A stretch of DNA of 64,000 nt from an uncultured Candidatus Cloacimonadota bacterium (lineage in GTDB: Bacteria; Cloacimonadota; Cloacimonadia; Cloacimonadales; WRIO01). The translations under genes were made by a program, and so were the position numbers. The notes under the pieces were generated by a model, which made no database searches, was not told the DNA's origin, and worked only from the letters and a program-made list of their open reading frames with translations. Where the stretch lies: NCBI GenBank assembly GCA_964573665.1, contig CAZNKI010000010.1, positions 1,883 to 65,882 of the forward strand. The letters are read 5' to 3'. Positions 10,301 through 19,111 of this stretch are shown in pieces; position 1 is the stretch's first letter; the number at the start of each line of letters is the position of its first letter.

Positions 10301-12319
10301 AACAATAATATTGTTTGCGACGACATAAGCACTTTGATTAGGGATAATCGATACATCTTTGATAAATGTCACAGCATTAGGAGCTGTTACCGTTAATTTT
10401 ATCGTTTGAACCTGAGAAAAAGGAGTAAAATTGAGTGTCACACTTCCTGCTTGATTACAGTTTCCCGAAGCAATAATCTGATTATTGACCGGATCATAGA
10501 GACACACTTTTGCATAGGCAATATTACTTGTTACAGAATAAGAATTTGCACCAATGAAGATATTGTCTGATGAAGTAACTGTTTGAAGAAGAGGTGTTTT
10601 GTTTCTTACCTGTAAGGATGCATCACCAAAGATATGCCATGTTTTTATCGTTTTTACTGAATTATTGTTATTATTATAAGCATCTAACATTCCAGAACTA
10701 CCATTAAATGCTATTGCTGCAAATGAATACTTTGTGTTTGCTGCCATGAGATCTGTAATCAAATCCTGACCGCGCATCGGTTCATTCCAAGGTTGATTTA
10801 CTGTGGACATGTATGTACCAATAGCACCTGTAGGAGCTCCTGTATTTGGATTCTTCGCTCTAAGCCAGGCTTCTGCAAAACAGGTGGTACTGGTGAAGTT
10901 GCCATTTACACAAGCAACGGAGAAAATAAAAGGCAATTTATAATCATTGCTTAGCGCATTCACATGAGTGTTTGAAAATGATGAGGTGACCCATGTAGTA
11001 TTTGAACCATGGCCGACATAGTTAATCAAACCACGACCCTGATTGAAGTTGGCACTCAATGTTGCGGCTGTAATTGATGGTGCATAAGCCTGATCAACCG
11101 AAGTGTATCCATAATTTAAAAGATCTGTTCTGATGAGATTCATGTGAGTGATATCTGATTCGCCCATGTCACCCGTACTGCCACCACCTTCATTCGATGC
11201 AATTCCTGTTGCTTGTTTGATCCAAGCACCATCACTTGCTGCGATATCTCTTTCATACCAGATACTGCGAAGTACCTGAGTTTCAACGTCTGCTACACTT
11301 TCAGCAGAAAATCTGCCAATCAGTAAATCAGGGTAATTGTCATTGCCTAAAAGCATGACATAGGATGGATCTGAACCACCTGCTTCATATGTTAAAGTTG
11401 CTATTTGCGCCGCATCACCGACCAGTTGAACAAATGATAACTCTGGATGAGCTGAGAAGTAATTTTGGATAAAGGTTTTTATTGCACTATTACTTGTGCC
11501 AGTCTCTGTTGTACTAACCAGCGTTGTGGGTATACCCTTCTGCCTTTTCCAGTTGATATAGGGTTGGATCGCTGAAGAATAATTTGGATGCGTAATAACC
11601 AAGATTGACCCATCTTCAAGAATTGGCGTATAACGATCATAGATGTAATCATAGTTAAGAAAATGTTGTTGGTATAATGGCATAAAATCAGCATTAATTC
11701 TATTTCTTTGAGCGCTTAATATATTCCGATGGTCAAAGCCATTTGCTTCTACCTTGATTTTCATCTTATAATATACTCTTAGTATCTTTTTTACAGGATT
11801 GTACTGAAAAGGTGTTAAAGAAATCGTAATGCCTCTATAATCTCTAAGGATATATGGATCACCTAAACTTGCCAATTTTCCCGGAAAAAATTCATCTTTT
11901 TGATATACTTCTGAAAAGGTGAAAGGGACGTCATCAGGATTAACATCTCTGAGAAGGCTTCCCTTTGAGGGCATGACATTCATCTGATAATCAATATATT
12001 CTGATTCTATGACACTGACTTCCATCTTCGCATCATTAGGAATAATAATACTTCTACCGATATGTGGTAACTGAGGTGCTCCTTTATCTAAAAGAAGACC
12101 TTCATTAGACAAGCTGATATTCTCATAAGTTTCATTGTTGATTTTGATGGTTTCTTTATTAAAAGTGCTAAGTGTAAGTTCAATCTCAATCTCATCTTTT
12201 GAAGAACTCATAAGTTTTACTATTTGATCTGTATTGAATTGATCATTGATGATTACCTGATCAGCCCAAATGAAAACAAATAGAGCAAACAGTAGAAAGA
12301 ATAATATGGATTTTTTCAT
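7319..12319 (-). CDS. Giant secreted peptidase C25 (gingipain-like) family protein with T9SS C-terminal sorting domain
   Basis: ATG at 12319 gives the signal peptide MKKSILFFLLFALFVFIWA and avoids overlap with glsA. Gingipain-type catalytic region (ILVITHPNYSSAIQPYINWKRQKG, YVGHGS, FSVACVNG). Internal duplicated modules. C-terminal VYPNPFNPSTKIQY...KKLILLK sorting domain. Confidence 0.8.
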   Translation of the reverse strand: MKKSILFFLLFALFVFIWADQVIINDQFNTDQIVKLMSSSKDEIEIELTLSTFNKETIKINNETYENISLSNEGLLLDKGAPQLPHIGRSIIIPNDAKMEVSVIESEYIDYQMNVMPSKGSLLRDVNPDDVPFTFSEVYQKDEFFPGKLASLGDPYILRDYRGITISLTPFQYNPVKKILRVYYKMKIKVEANGFDHRNILSAQRNRINADFMPLYQQHFLNYDYIYDRYTPILEDGSILVITHPNYSSAIQPYINWKRQKGIPTTLVSTTETGTSNSAIKTFIQNYFSAHPELSFVQLVGDAAQIATLTYEAGGSDPSYVMLLGNDNYPDLLIGRFSAESVADVETQVLRSIWYERDIAASDGAWIKQATGIASNEGGGSTGDMGESDITHMNLIRTDLLNYGYTSVDQAYAPSITAATLSANFNQGRGLINYVGHGSNTTWVTSSFSNTHVNALSNDYKLPFIFSVACVNGNFTSTTCFAEAWLRAKNPNTGAPTGAIGTYMSTVNQPWNEPMRGQDLITDLMAANTKYSFAAIAFNGSSGMLDAYNNNNNSVKTIKTWHIFGDASLQVRNKTPLLQTVTSSDNIFIGANSYSVTSNIAYAKVCLYDPVNNQIIASGNCNQAGSVTLNFTPFSQVQTIKLTVTAPNAVTFIKDVSIIPNQSAYVVANNIIVASNGNLSINTNTQSFLNFQLENIGTTNLNNLNVNISSQSPYISVINGSYQLNQMIIGQSVSVMSQISIQSALNCPNNTDATMQITISDNQGHQWIYPFVILLKAPVISVGNIVITDNSGNNNLNPDAGETVMLNIPLTNTGLMASLTTIAHLNSNNPFISLPQTEFDLPSINSGSSQNLNIQAIISANCPTNTFLLGLTIDFTYFVLQYNIQYTMGLKIDSFENANFNAFPWTNTSSIPWTIDNTNAIHGSKSAKTGAIGHSNSTQLSVINQCSNASVIKFKYKVSSESGYDYFKFYVDNTLTGSWSGTVDWSQAEYPVSAGNHTFKWVYSKDGSEISGSDCAWLDQVILPGDNDSGTQSAYAYIDQTPIDFGNQASQRTIRLYNIGNAPLTGQVSVPTAFYINVENQTTLAYTISANSYHDFNIYFSPLSLQYYDGVITITTNDTQHPQIQIQITGGINSYFTPIWTGEAYQPMIFNFSDTTLLNLGLNIGDEIAIYDGLNCVGSMMYLTGRDNYSIVTSKDHPNTPQIDGFIDGNPISFRIWQSTQQNEIPNYLINVTIPNGQTSFIPDVTTDIDIEIINALTQNVSLSNGWNVVSFNVIPDNSNMNVILQDLINQGQLVKVQNESGQSFEYLSILNQWINNIGNMQNTEAYYLKTNANTSLSLIGAPVAIPCSVNLTVGWNYLPVPYQNSVSAMTVIQPMIDNNQLIKMINESGQSIEYINGIGWINSINQLIPGEGYMIKVNQNLTLNFPFIYQTLNHEPLALSKEKTFNPSYYHKIWGNNGYKHCNIYLLNDAYLSDLLSQGDEVAIFDGNYCVATTCYDPNQNIINLIASQTDQTQNINGYIPGNNISIRAYQKNSQQELVLNGILLKGKSSFEPNESSVFQINNHLSYSSEIKPLSTQISSVYPNPFNPSTKIQYHLNETDHVELSIYNIKGQKIRNLLSENQSSGDHLMIWDGKNDRKHDMPSGIYFCILKTSQNQSIKKLILLK

Positions 12320-12329
12320 AATCGTCCTT

Positions 12330-13244
12330 TTAGAATATTGAACGTTTTGTATAGGTAGTAAATAGTTCAAGTGCTTTTATACCAACAAATGAGTTACCAT
12401 TTTTATTTAATTCAGGCGCCCATACAGTGATCACTAATTCTCCTGGAATCACTGCAACAATACCACCACCGACTCCTGATTTTCCTGGCAAACCTACTCT
12501 CCAGGCAAAATTACCCACTTCATTATATAAACCGCAAGTCATCATGAGTGAGTTGACTTTTTTTGTATGTCTGAAATTTAATATTTCTCGTTCCTGATCT
12601 AAACTCATTCCTCTGTTGGCGAGAAACAAACAGGCTTTGCTTAAATCATTACAACTCATTTCAATAGCACATTGAGAGAAATAAACATCAAGCACTTTGT
12701 CTATGGGTTGTTTTAAATTATCACAACTCTTTAAAAAGTTTGCCAAAGCAGCATTTCTGTATCCATGATCAGCTTCAGAGGATGCCACTTCCTCATTATA
12801 GGCGATATTAGGATTTTTACATAATTTTCGAATATAATTAATAATATGAAGTTTAGGACCCACTTCTAATTCACAGATCATATCAGTAAGTACAAGAGCT
12901 CCAGCATTGATAAAAGGATTGCGTGGAATACCATGATCATATTCGAGTTCGATTAAAGAATTAAACTGATTGCTCGAGGGTTCTCTTCCGACTCTTGTCC
13001 AAATTTTTGATCCCAATCGATTCAAAACATCAGTAAGCGTGAAAATCTTAGAAATACTTTGAATCGAAAAAGCTTCATCAACATCTCCAATATGATAGGA
13101 TTCGTTTCTAACAGTCAGTACAGATATAGCAAACTTGCGAGGGTTCACTTTTGCTAAAGCTGGGATATAACTTGCAACCTTTCCTTTACCAAAATAGGGT
13201 TGTATTTCCTTATAAATTTTGTCGAGAACTCTTTGATAGTTCAT
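12330..13244 (-). CDS. glsA: Glutaminase A
   Basis: 304 aa. QSISKIFTL Ser-Lys motif and PGKSGVGGGIVAV, characteristic of the glutaminase family. The start overlaps the mlaF stop by 1 nt (TAATG). Confidence 0.9.
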   Translation of the reverse strand: MNYQRVLDKIYKEIQPYFGKGKVASYIPALAKVNPRKFAISVLTVRNESYHIGDVDEAFSIQSISKIFTLTDVLNRLGSKIWTRVGREPSSNQFNSLIELEYDHGIPRNPFINAGALVLTDMICELEVGPKLHIINYIRKLCKNPNIAYNEEVASSEADHGYRNAALANFLKSCDNLKQPIDKVLDVYFSQCAIEMSCNDLSKACLFLANRGMSLDQEREILNFRHTKKVNSLMMTCGLYNEVGNFAWRVGLPGKSGVGGGIVAVIPGELVITVWAPELNKNGNSFVGIKALELFTTYTKRSIF

Positions 13245-13990
13245 TATTCAAATCTCCCCACTCTAAAAAATTCTTGAATATTTTCATTTTCAGATGCTTT
13301 TGCTTCATCTAAAGTCCCATGAAATATTAGTTTGCCTTTATGCAAGAAAATGATTCTATCAGCAATTCGGTGAATACTGGCGAGTTCATGGGTAACGACT
13401 ACAATTGATATATTTAATAAATTCTTTAAATTCAAAATCAGTTCGTCTAATTGTGCAGATGTAATCGGATCAAGACCTGCTGAAGGTTCATCAAAAAACA
13501 ATATTTCTGGGTCAAGTGCGATTGCTCTTGCGAGAGCTGCTCGCTTTTTCATACCTCCAGACAGCTCAGAAGGGAGTAGATATAAAGCATGAGAGAGATT
13601 TACCAGCTCAAGTTTTTTTCTGATCATACGTTCGATAATATTTTTAGGTAATTTTGTATGTTGTTCTAAAGGGATGCTTAGATTTTCATAAATATCAATT
13701 GAATTTAACAATGCACCATTTTGAAAAAGCATGCCCACACGTTTGATGATGGCAGTAAATTGTTCTTCATCCATGTGTGTCACTTCTTCTCCAAAGATCT
13801 TTACAGAACCAGCTGCAGGCTCATTTAGACGAATGATGTTTTTTAATAGTGTCGTTTTACCTCCACCACTTGATCCCAGGATCACGGTGACTTCTCCCCT
13901 GTAGAAATCTACAGAAACATCATCGAGAATGACTCTGTCCCCATACTTTGCAATCAGATTTCTTACTTCAATTATCGCTTGAGTCATCAT
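13244..13990 (-). CDS. mlaF: Mla/Mce-type ABC transporter ATP-binding subunit
   Basis: Walker A GSSGGGKTT, signature LSGGMKKRAALARA, Walker B ILFFDEPSAGLD. Positioned after an MlaE-type permease. Confidence 0.85.
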   Translation of the reverse strand: MMTQAIIEVRNLIAKYGDRVILDDVSVDFYRGEVTVILGSSGGGKTTLLKNIIRLNEPAAGSVKIFGEEVTHMDEEQFTAIIKRVGMLFQNGALLNSIDIYENLSIPLEQHTKLPKNIIERMIRKKLELVNLSHALYLLPSELSGGMKKRAALARAIALDPEILFFDEPSAGLDPITSAQLDELILNLKNLLNISIVVVTHELASIHRIADRIIFLHKGKLIFHGTLDEAKASENENIQEFFRVGRFE

Positions 13991-13994
13991 AACC

Positions 13995-15071
13995 TCAGAT
14001 CATATAGAATAACGAAAATAGAGCATCCATAAGGATAACAGAAAATATTGAGATGACCACAGAGATTGTGGTTGCTTTACCGACACCTTCAGCGCCACCC
14101 GTGACCTGAAAACCATAATGACTGCCGATAATAACGATTTGCCAGGCAAAAACAATACTTTTAGCAAGCGAAATAATCACATCTTTCAATGCGGTCACTT
14201 CAATACATGAATTGACAAAAGCAATTACACTTAAATCAAGGTAGTAAACGCCAATCAGTAAACCACCAAAAGTGCCGATCAACACCGAAAATAGAACCAA
14301 AATCGGCATACAAAAAGTCACTGCATGAAATTTAGGTACGACAATAAATCTGATGGGATTGAGGGCCATCATTTTTAATGCATCAATTTCTTCTGTCACT
14401 TTCATCGTTGCTATTTCAGAGGCTATGGCAGAGCCACTACGCCCAGCGACAATGATAGCTGTTACTAATGGTCCTAATTCCCGGAGCATACTTATAGCAA
14501 TCAAATTGGCTAAAAAATTGTTTGCACCGAATTGTTTTAACTGTGTTGCTGACTGTAATGAAATAATCAAACCAATAATAAAAGAAAGTAACGCAACGAT
14601 TCCTAAAGCTTCAACGCCTATTAGGACACCTTGCTGAATAAGACTGCCTTTTCTTTGTCCTTTTTTATCCCACAAGCCAATAATTGACCAGTAAATAATA
14701 TCTGTTGTAAGGATGAGCATTTCAAACAATTCTTGAGACAGATTGATAATCTGTTGTCCTAATTGCTCAAATATCCCCTTTTTAAGAGGCTTAATGCTTT
14801 CGGGAAGATCTTGAGAGTTAAAAACGGTATATGTATTTCTTACCGATTCATTCATGTCGAGTAATTCAGCTTTTTGACTCATTGAAGAGATAATTTCGTT
14901 GATGCATGATACTCCAGCACTATCGATTTCAGTTAAATCTGTAAAATAGATACTCTTAATCTCTTTTAATTTTTTATCTTTAACTATAGCAGAAAACAGG
15001 CTGTCTGCTGTCTGTTTATCTAAAATTCCTGATAAATAAAGCCGTCCGCTTTCAATACGATAATCAGCCAT
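13995..15071 (-). CDS. mlaE: MlaE-family ABC permease with fused N-terminal STAS (MlaB-like) domain
   Basis: C-terminal ~250 aa is permease (LRELGPLVTAIIVAGRSGSAIASEIATMKVTEEIDAL). N-terminal ~100 aa is STAS-like (YLSGILD...LTEIDSAGVSCINEI). Confidence 0.8.
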   Translation of the reverse strand: MADYRIESGRLYLSGILDKQTADSLFSAIVKDKKLKEIKSIYFTDLTEIDSAGVSCINEIISSMSQKAELLDMNESVRNTYTVFNSQDLPESIKPLKKGIFEQLGQQIINLSQELFEMLILTTDIIYWSIIGLWDKKGQRKGSLIQQGVLIGVEALGIVALLSFIIGLIISLQSATQLKQFGANNFLANLIAISMLRELGPLVTAIIVAGRSGSAIASEIATMKVTEEIDALKMMALNPIRFIVVPKFHAVTFCMPILVLFSVLIGTFGGLLIGVYYLDLSVIAFVNSCIEVTALKDVIISLAKSIVFAWQIVIIGSHYGFQVTGGAEGVGKATTISVVISIFSVILMDALFSLFYMI

Positions 15072-15081
15072 TATGAGTGCC

Positions 15082-17175
15082 TTACCTTGATAATATCATA
15101 GTAAATCTTATGAAAGCTGAACTATCCAATACAATATAATCTTTTATATCTTTATTGTAAGTCATGTTTAAGCGATAATCCAAAGAAATAAATCGAAAAA
15201 TTGGCAAATTGAAGGTGTTTTCCCAGTCCATATTGATTGACTGATCCTGATCGATTGGCTTGAGAAAATCAAAATTTGTCGTCCATGTGAGTTTGTTATC
15301 CGAAATAAAAAGAGGGATTGGAATGTTGCCATAAACAGATGCTTCATAGCCCATTTGTCGAACAGAGGGCAGTTCTTTGTAATAATAATATCCATTGAGT
15401 TCTTTATCGAAGATATAGTAATCTCTATTCAAATCATGTCTTAAACCAAAGCCTGTTCGAAATCCAAGATTGTTGCTGATTCTAAAATTAAAACCTGCAC
15501 CAGTTTTACTAATTAATGGGAATAAGGAATTTTTGATTTTGAGTTTTTTTGTTGAAAGAGAATCGCTAATGCCGTCTTTATCTGTGATAATATAATTTCT
15601 TTCTTCTTTCTCAATCAGGTATTCTGGCCACAAATGGGTGTTGATATCCTGTCGAGCATAGAGACCAAAGAAACTGATGATGGTATAGACGTAAGTGTTT
15701 TTTAAATCTAGTTTATCGAGTGAGATTTTCAGATCTGTTCCGCTGGATTTGCTTACACCTTGTTCAATGAGCGTTTTCATTGAAAAATAATGAGGATGAG
15801 AATCATAGATGAGTTTATGATCTCCTTGCACATTAAGCACTGATGAGACATCAAATTTATTCTTTTTGACGTCATTATTAAAATTCACATTTGCGTTTAT
15901 ATGAAGCAGAAGATTGTTTTTTAAGTTATTCTTATAGAAAAGTTCATCTTCTAACGCTTTTCCAGCACCTAATAAGCGATTGGTTTCAGAATCTACTACA
16001 ACGATCATCTGAACTAATTGTGCCTCTTTGACTTCGATCGTAGCAAAATCAGTATATGTATTAAAGGGATAATTGTTTAATACGATTTTGTAAAAACCAG
16101 GCTTAAGTACCCAAGTCTGAAGTTTTTGTCCCAATCCTTCCTGAATACCCATCCCAAAACCGTAAGATTCTGTCGTTTGAAGATCAAACAATTCATATCT
16201 GCTATCGATCTGATTTCTGTTTTCATCTACTATATTGATTGAGAGCCAACCCCATTCGGGCTTAACAACATGACGATAACGGGGCAGAATTTCAATATTT
16301 GTTTCAATCTTCTCATTATTACCGATTTTTAATATATAAGATCCTGGTTCTAAAAGAACATCTTCGCCCATTTTATAAGATTCAATAAACTTGTCAGATT
16401 TGCTGTAAACGGAAAAAGACGGTTCATAATCAGAATCTGTTTTTGAAGGCACAAACAATCTTCCTAAAGAAGAGAAGTCAGCTTCGTATTCATCAAGAGC
16501 AAAATACGAACTATCAACGACAACTTGACTACTGTCCGATCCGGCAATTTCATCAACTGTCGTTGCAGGATTATTTAAAAACTGAAGACTTTTACTGATA
16601 AACATATCTGTTTCATCAAGAATCATGTCATTGATGGTTTGGACATAATGTTCCATACGTCGGTCATAAAGTTCAATATTTTTGTCTGAGTAGTGTCTGA
16701 AAACAAACTGATTACTCTTTGTGTCTCTAAGATAAATTTCAATATTCAGATGAGCAGCCCACTTGGTACTATAATCAACATACTCAATCGTATTGATCTT
16801 GGTCACAATTTCATAATCTGCTTTTTGTTGAAAATCCTGTGTCACCTGTTTAAAAACATTATAACGATTAAGACGAGTAGCAATCAGGTTTGCAATGCTG
16901 GGGTTTAAGCGTTCAGCCCATAAATTATTATAATCATATTCAATCATATTATCTGAACTTTTAATGACGATTTGCTTGCGATCGTAGATTCTTGGCATTT
17001 CTGCATCAATGACTCTGACATTATAATTCAGTGGTTTTTTCTGGATGAGTGATTTGTTTTCCTTTACAGGTTTATATTCAAGAATGAAATATTTCTTTGT
17101 TTGGATCATTGTGGTGCTACATGCACTTAATAAGAAAAGCAGACTTAATAATAGCAGAAGAATTAATTTTTTCAT
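15082..17175 (-). CDS. Large lipoprotein: ABC-transport auxiliary (PqiC/DUF330-like) N-terminal module plus ~490-aa uncharacterised C-terminal region
   Basis: Lipobox LLSAC. The first ~200 aa resemble Mce-associated auxiliary lipoproteins (KKYFILEY...NLWAERL...). The remainder looks beta-rich and I recognise no motif. RBS AGAGGA. Confidence 0.5.
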   Translation of the reverse strand: MKKLILLLLLSLLFLLSACSTTMIQTKKYFILEYKPVKENKSLIQKKPLNYNVRVIDAEMPRIYDRKQIVIKSSDNMIEYDYNNLWAERLNPSIANLIATRLNRYNVFKQVTQDFQQKADYEIVTKINTIEYVDYSTKWAAHLNIEIYLRDTKSNQFVFRHYSDKNIELYDRRMEHYVQTINDMILDETDMFISKSLQFLNNPATTVDEIAGSDSSQVVVDSSYFALDEYEADFSSLGRLFVPSKTDSDYEPSFSVYSKSDKFIESYKMGEDVLLEPGSYILKIGNNEKIETNIEILPRYRHVVKPEWGWLSINIVDENRNQIDSRYELFDLQTTESYGFGMGIQEGLGQKLQTWVLKPGFYKIVLNNYPFNTYTDFATIEVKEAQLVQMIVVVDSETNRLLGAGKALEDELFYKNNLKNNLLLHINANVNFNNDVKKNKFDVSSVLNVQGDHKLIYDSHPHYFSMKTLIEQGVSKSSGTDLKISLDKLDLKNTYVYTIISFFGLYARQDINTHLWPEYLIEKEERNYIITDKDGISDSLSTKKLKIKNSLFPLISKTGAGFNFRISNNLGFRTGFGLRHDLNRDYYIFDKELNGYYYYKELPSVRQMGYEASVYGNIPIPLFISDNKLTWTTNFDFLKPIDQDQSINMDWENTFNLPIFRFISLDYRLNMTYNKDIKDYIVLDSSAFIRFTMILSR

Positions 17176-17184
17176 AGTAATCCT

Positions 17185-18156
17185 CTATGGGTTAGTTGTT
17201 TGTTTCTTTGAACCAAAGTTGATCAGTATACTTGGATCATCTGAAATCATACGAGAAAACTCGTTGAGATTATCCAGAGTTTCACGAAGGGTTTCTATTG
17301 AAGAAGTGATATCTGGGCTGTTTTTCTGAACCAGAGCATCAATTCGGGACATGAGAATATTTGCTTTATTAACAGTTTCATTCAGATTCTTTGTTGTTTC
17401 CAATAAATCTTTTTCGATACGCTTTGTGTCGATATCAGCAATATTTTTTGTGATTTTCTCACTGTTTGTAAGAATGTGGTCAATTTTTTCTGATTGAGCA
17501 ATGGTATTAAGTCGATGAACCAGTTTGTTAGCTTCCTGAGTTGTTTTTACCAATTCATAAGTTAAAGAATCTACATTGTTTAAGGCATTGTTTATTGGCT
17601 CTTTTGATTGATTGCTGATTTCTCTGAGATCCTTAAGGAGGAGACGAAGATTTTCCTGATTTTCCTTATTGGTTAATTCAATAACATTCGCCAGTGCAAT
17701 ATCCACTTTATCAGCAATTGACGCAGCCTTGTCTCCAATATTGTCAAAAAGCGACATGCCTGCTTTAATTCTTGATTTAGGAGGCAATGTTTTGGCATTA
17801 TTCGTACCGCCTGTGAGTTCGATCTGTTTTAACCCTGTAATGCCGACTATTGCTAAACTAGCTTCTGTATCTTCTTTAATGGGCGTATCTTTTTTGATAC
17901 TGATATTGACTTTTACTCTTGCGATGTTCTCCTGATCAATACTGATATCCTCTACTCGACCGATGCGGATACCATTATACATGACTTGACCGCCAACTTG
18001 TAAGCCATTAACAGATACATTGTCGTAAAGAATATAATAATAATCCCGTTTTTCCATTAGCTTTGAACCAGCAATACTGATTAACAAAATCAGCAAGAAA
18101 CATGCTCCACTAATTAGAAATATGCCTAATCGGACTTTCTGTGCTTTACTAACCAT
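17185..18156 (-). CDS. mlaD: MlaD/Mce-domain protein with long helical C-terminus
   Basis: N-terminal TM helix, Mce/MlaD core (VSVNGLQVGGQVMYNGIRIGRVEDISID), and a long coiled-coil-like tail. First gene of the packed minus-strand string. Confidence 0.8.
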   Translation of the reverse strand: MVSKAQKVRLGIFLISGACFLLILLISIAGSKLMEKRDYYYILYDNVSVNGLQVGGQVMYNGIRIGRVEDISIDQENIARVKVNISIKKDTPIKEDTEASLAIVGITGLKQIELTGGTNNAKTLPPKSRIKAGMSLFDNIGDKAASIADKVDIALANVIELTNKENQENLRLLLKDLREISNQSKEPINNALNNVDSLTYELVKTTQEANKLVHRLNTIAQSEKIDHILTNSEKITKNIADIDTKRIEKDLLETTKNLNETVNKANILMSRIDALVQKNSPDITSSIETLRETLDNLNEFSRMISDDPSILINFGSKKQTTNP

Positions 18157-18485
18157 AATACCTCACTAAGGTCTTATTTCAGATTAAAAAGATCATCATT
18201 GATTCGCAAAGTCTTGTCAAGCAAAATATTAAATGTATTGTTTTTTTAAGCGCTTGATTATATGTGAACATTAGAGTTTATACACAATATTTTTCTTTGA
18301 TGATGATGTTAATTCTTGAGCAGTAAGCAGAGTAAGTCACCCGCTTGCCAATATTCTTGGGCAGACACACAGGTCAGCCCCTACGGTTTTTCTAATCTAC
18401 AAAAAAATAGTTGATATCAAATATCTCCAAGTGTGATTTTTGGGTTAATAGACACGCATTTTTGCTTATTCACCACAGGTATACG

Positions 18486-18518
18486 CTCGGTTCCGCCTCA
18501 GTTCACCCTCGGTTCAGC
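18486..18518 (+). repeat. Three tandem 11-bp direct repeats
   Basis: CTCGGTTCCGC / CTCAGTTCACC / CTCGGTTCAGC at 18486, 18497 and 18508. GC-rich relative to its surroundings. Confidence 0.8.
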
Positions 18519-18714
18519 TATTTGCTTTATAGTTAATAGATATTTATTGCTGGTTTTCAGAAATAAAAGTATCAACTTTTAATGATTATATGAATGATGT
18601 TTTAAGATTTAGCTGTATGTTTTTAATCATCATTGCTTGTACAAAGATAAAAATATGCAATCAGGTAGATGACGTTAAAAAGTTTAGACAAAGTTGTTCG
18701 CAACATGACGAGTA

Positions 18715-18776
18715 AAAATACTTGATATCAACTAAGACAGCAGGTAGAGGACACGTAAGGGGCACGTAGAGAGTTA
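18715..18776. repeat. Left copy of inverted-repeat element (TTGATATCAA palindrome plus 11-bp-phased GTAGAGG-type units)
   Basis: 18715-18766 is the reverse complement of 39341-39392 at 47/52 positions (manual alignment). Units GTAGAGGACAC / GTAAGGGGCAC / GTAGAGAGTTA at 18744, 18755 and 18766. Confidence 0.85.
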
Positions 18777-19111
18777 ACTATAAAATATTAATAATAATTA
18801 GAGCTTAATTTGGTGAAATAACACTATATGAAGTTTTCTTTATCTTTCTTATTATTTATCATCTGTTTATATATCTGAAAATTACAAAATCAAATTCGTA
18901 AACAGAAAATAAGAGATTTTGCAACCACCTATATTACAGACTTTAAGACACATATTTTGCCTACTTTTTAAAATACTTTATAGAAAAAGGGGAACCCTAT
19001 ATATATAGAGGGGGGATTAAAAAAATATTAAATAACTGATAAGCCATTGATCAATTTATAAAAGACTAATCAGTGAGAAGATTAATTATAATTAGTCGTA
19101 TATAAATTAAT

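Noticed and set aside
12320-12370. Upstream start of the C25 protease ORF overlapping the glsA 3' end
   Set aside because: ATG 12319 yields a classic signal peptide and removes the 41-nt overlap. The extra 17 residues (MNYLLPIQNVQYSKRTI) have no signal-peptide character.
14353-17935. Antisense or alternative-frame ORFs inside the mla genes (14353..14637, 15168..15395, 16693..16908, 17045..17329, 17669..17935)
   Set aside because: They are embedded in longer ORFs with clear family motifs, and none has an independent RBS or a recognisable domain.
18278-18286. Perfect DnaA-box consensus TTATACACA, a weaker TTATTCACC at ~18467, the nearby rsmG-parAB genes and the minus-to-plus gene-orientation switch at ~37.2-37.6 kb, taken together as evidence for oriC
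   Set aside because: I found only isolated boxes, not a cluster, and no dnaA gene in the window. The 37175-37631 and 39243-39518 gaps contain only 7/9 matches. Gene orientation flips back to minus after 51 kb. This is insufficient for an origin call.
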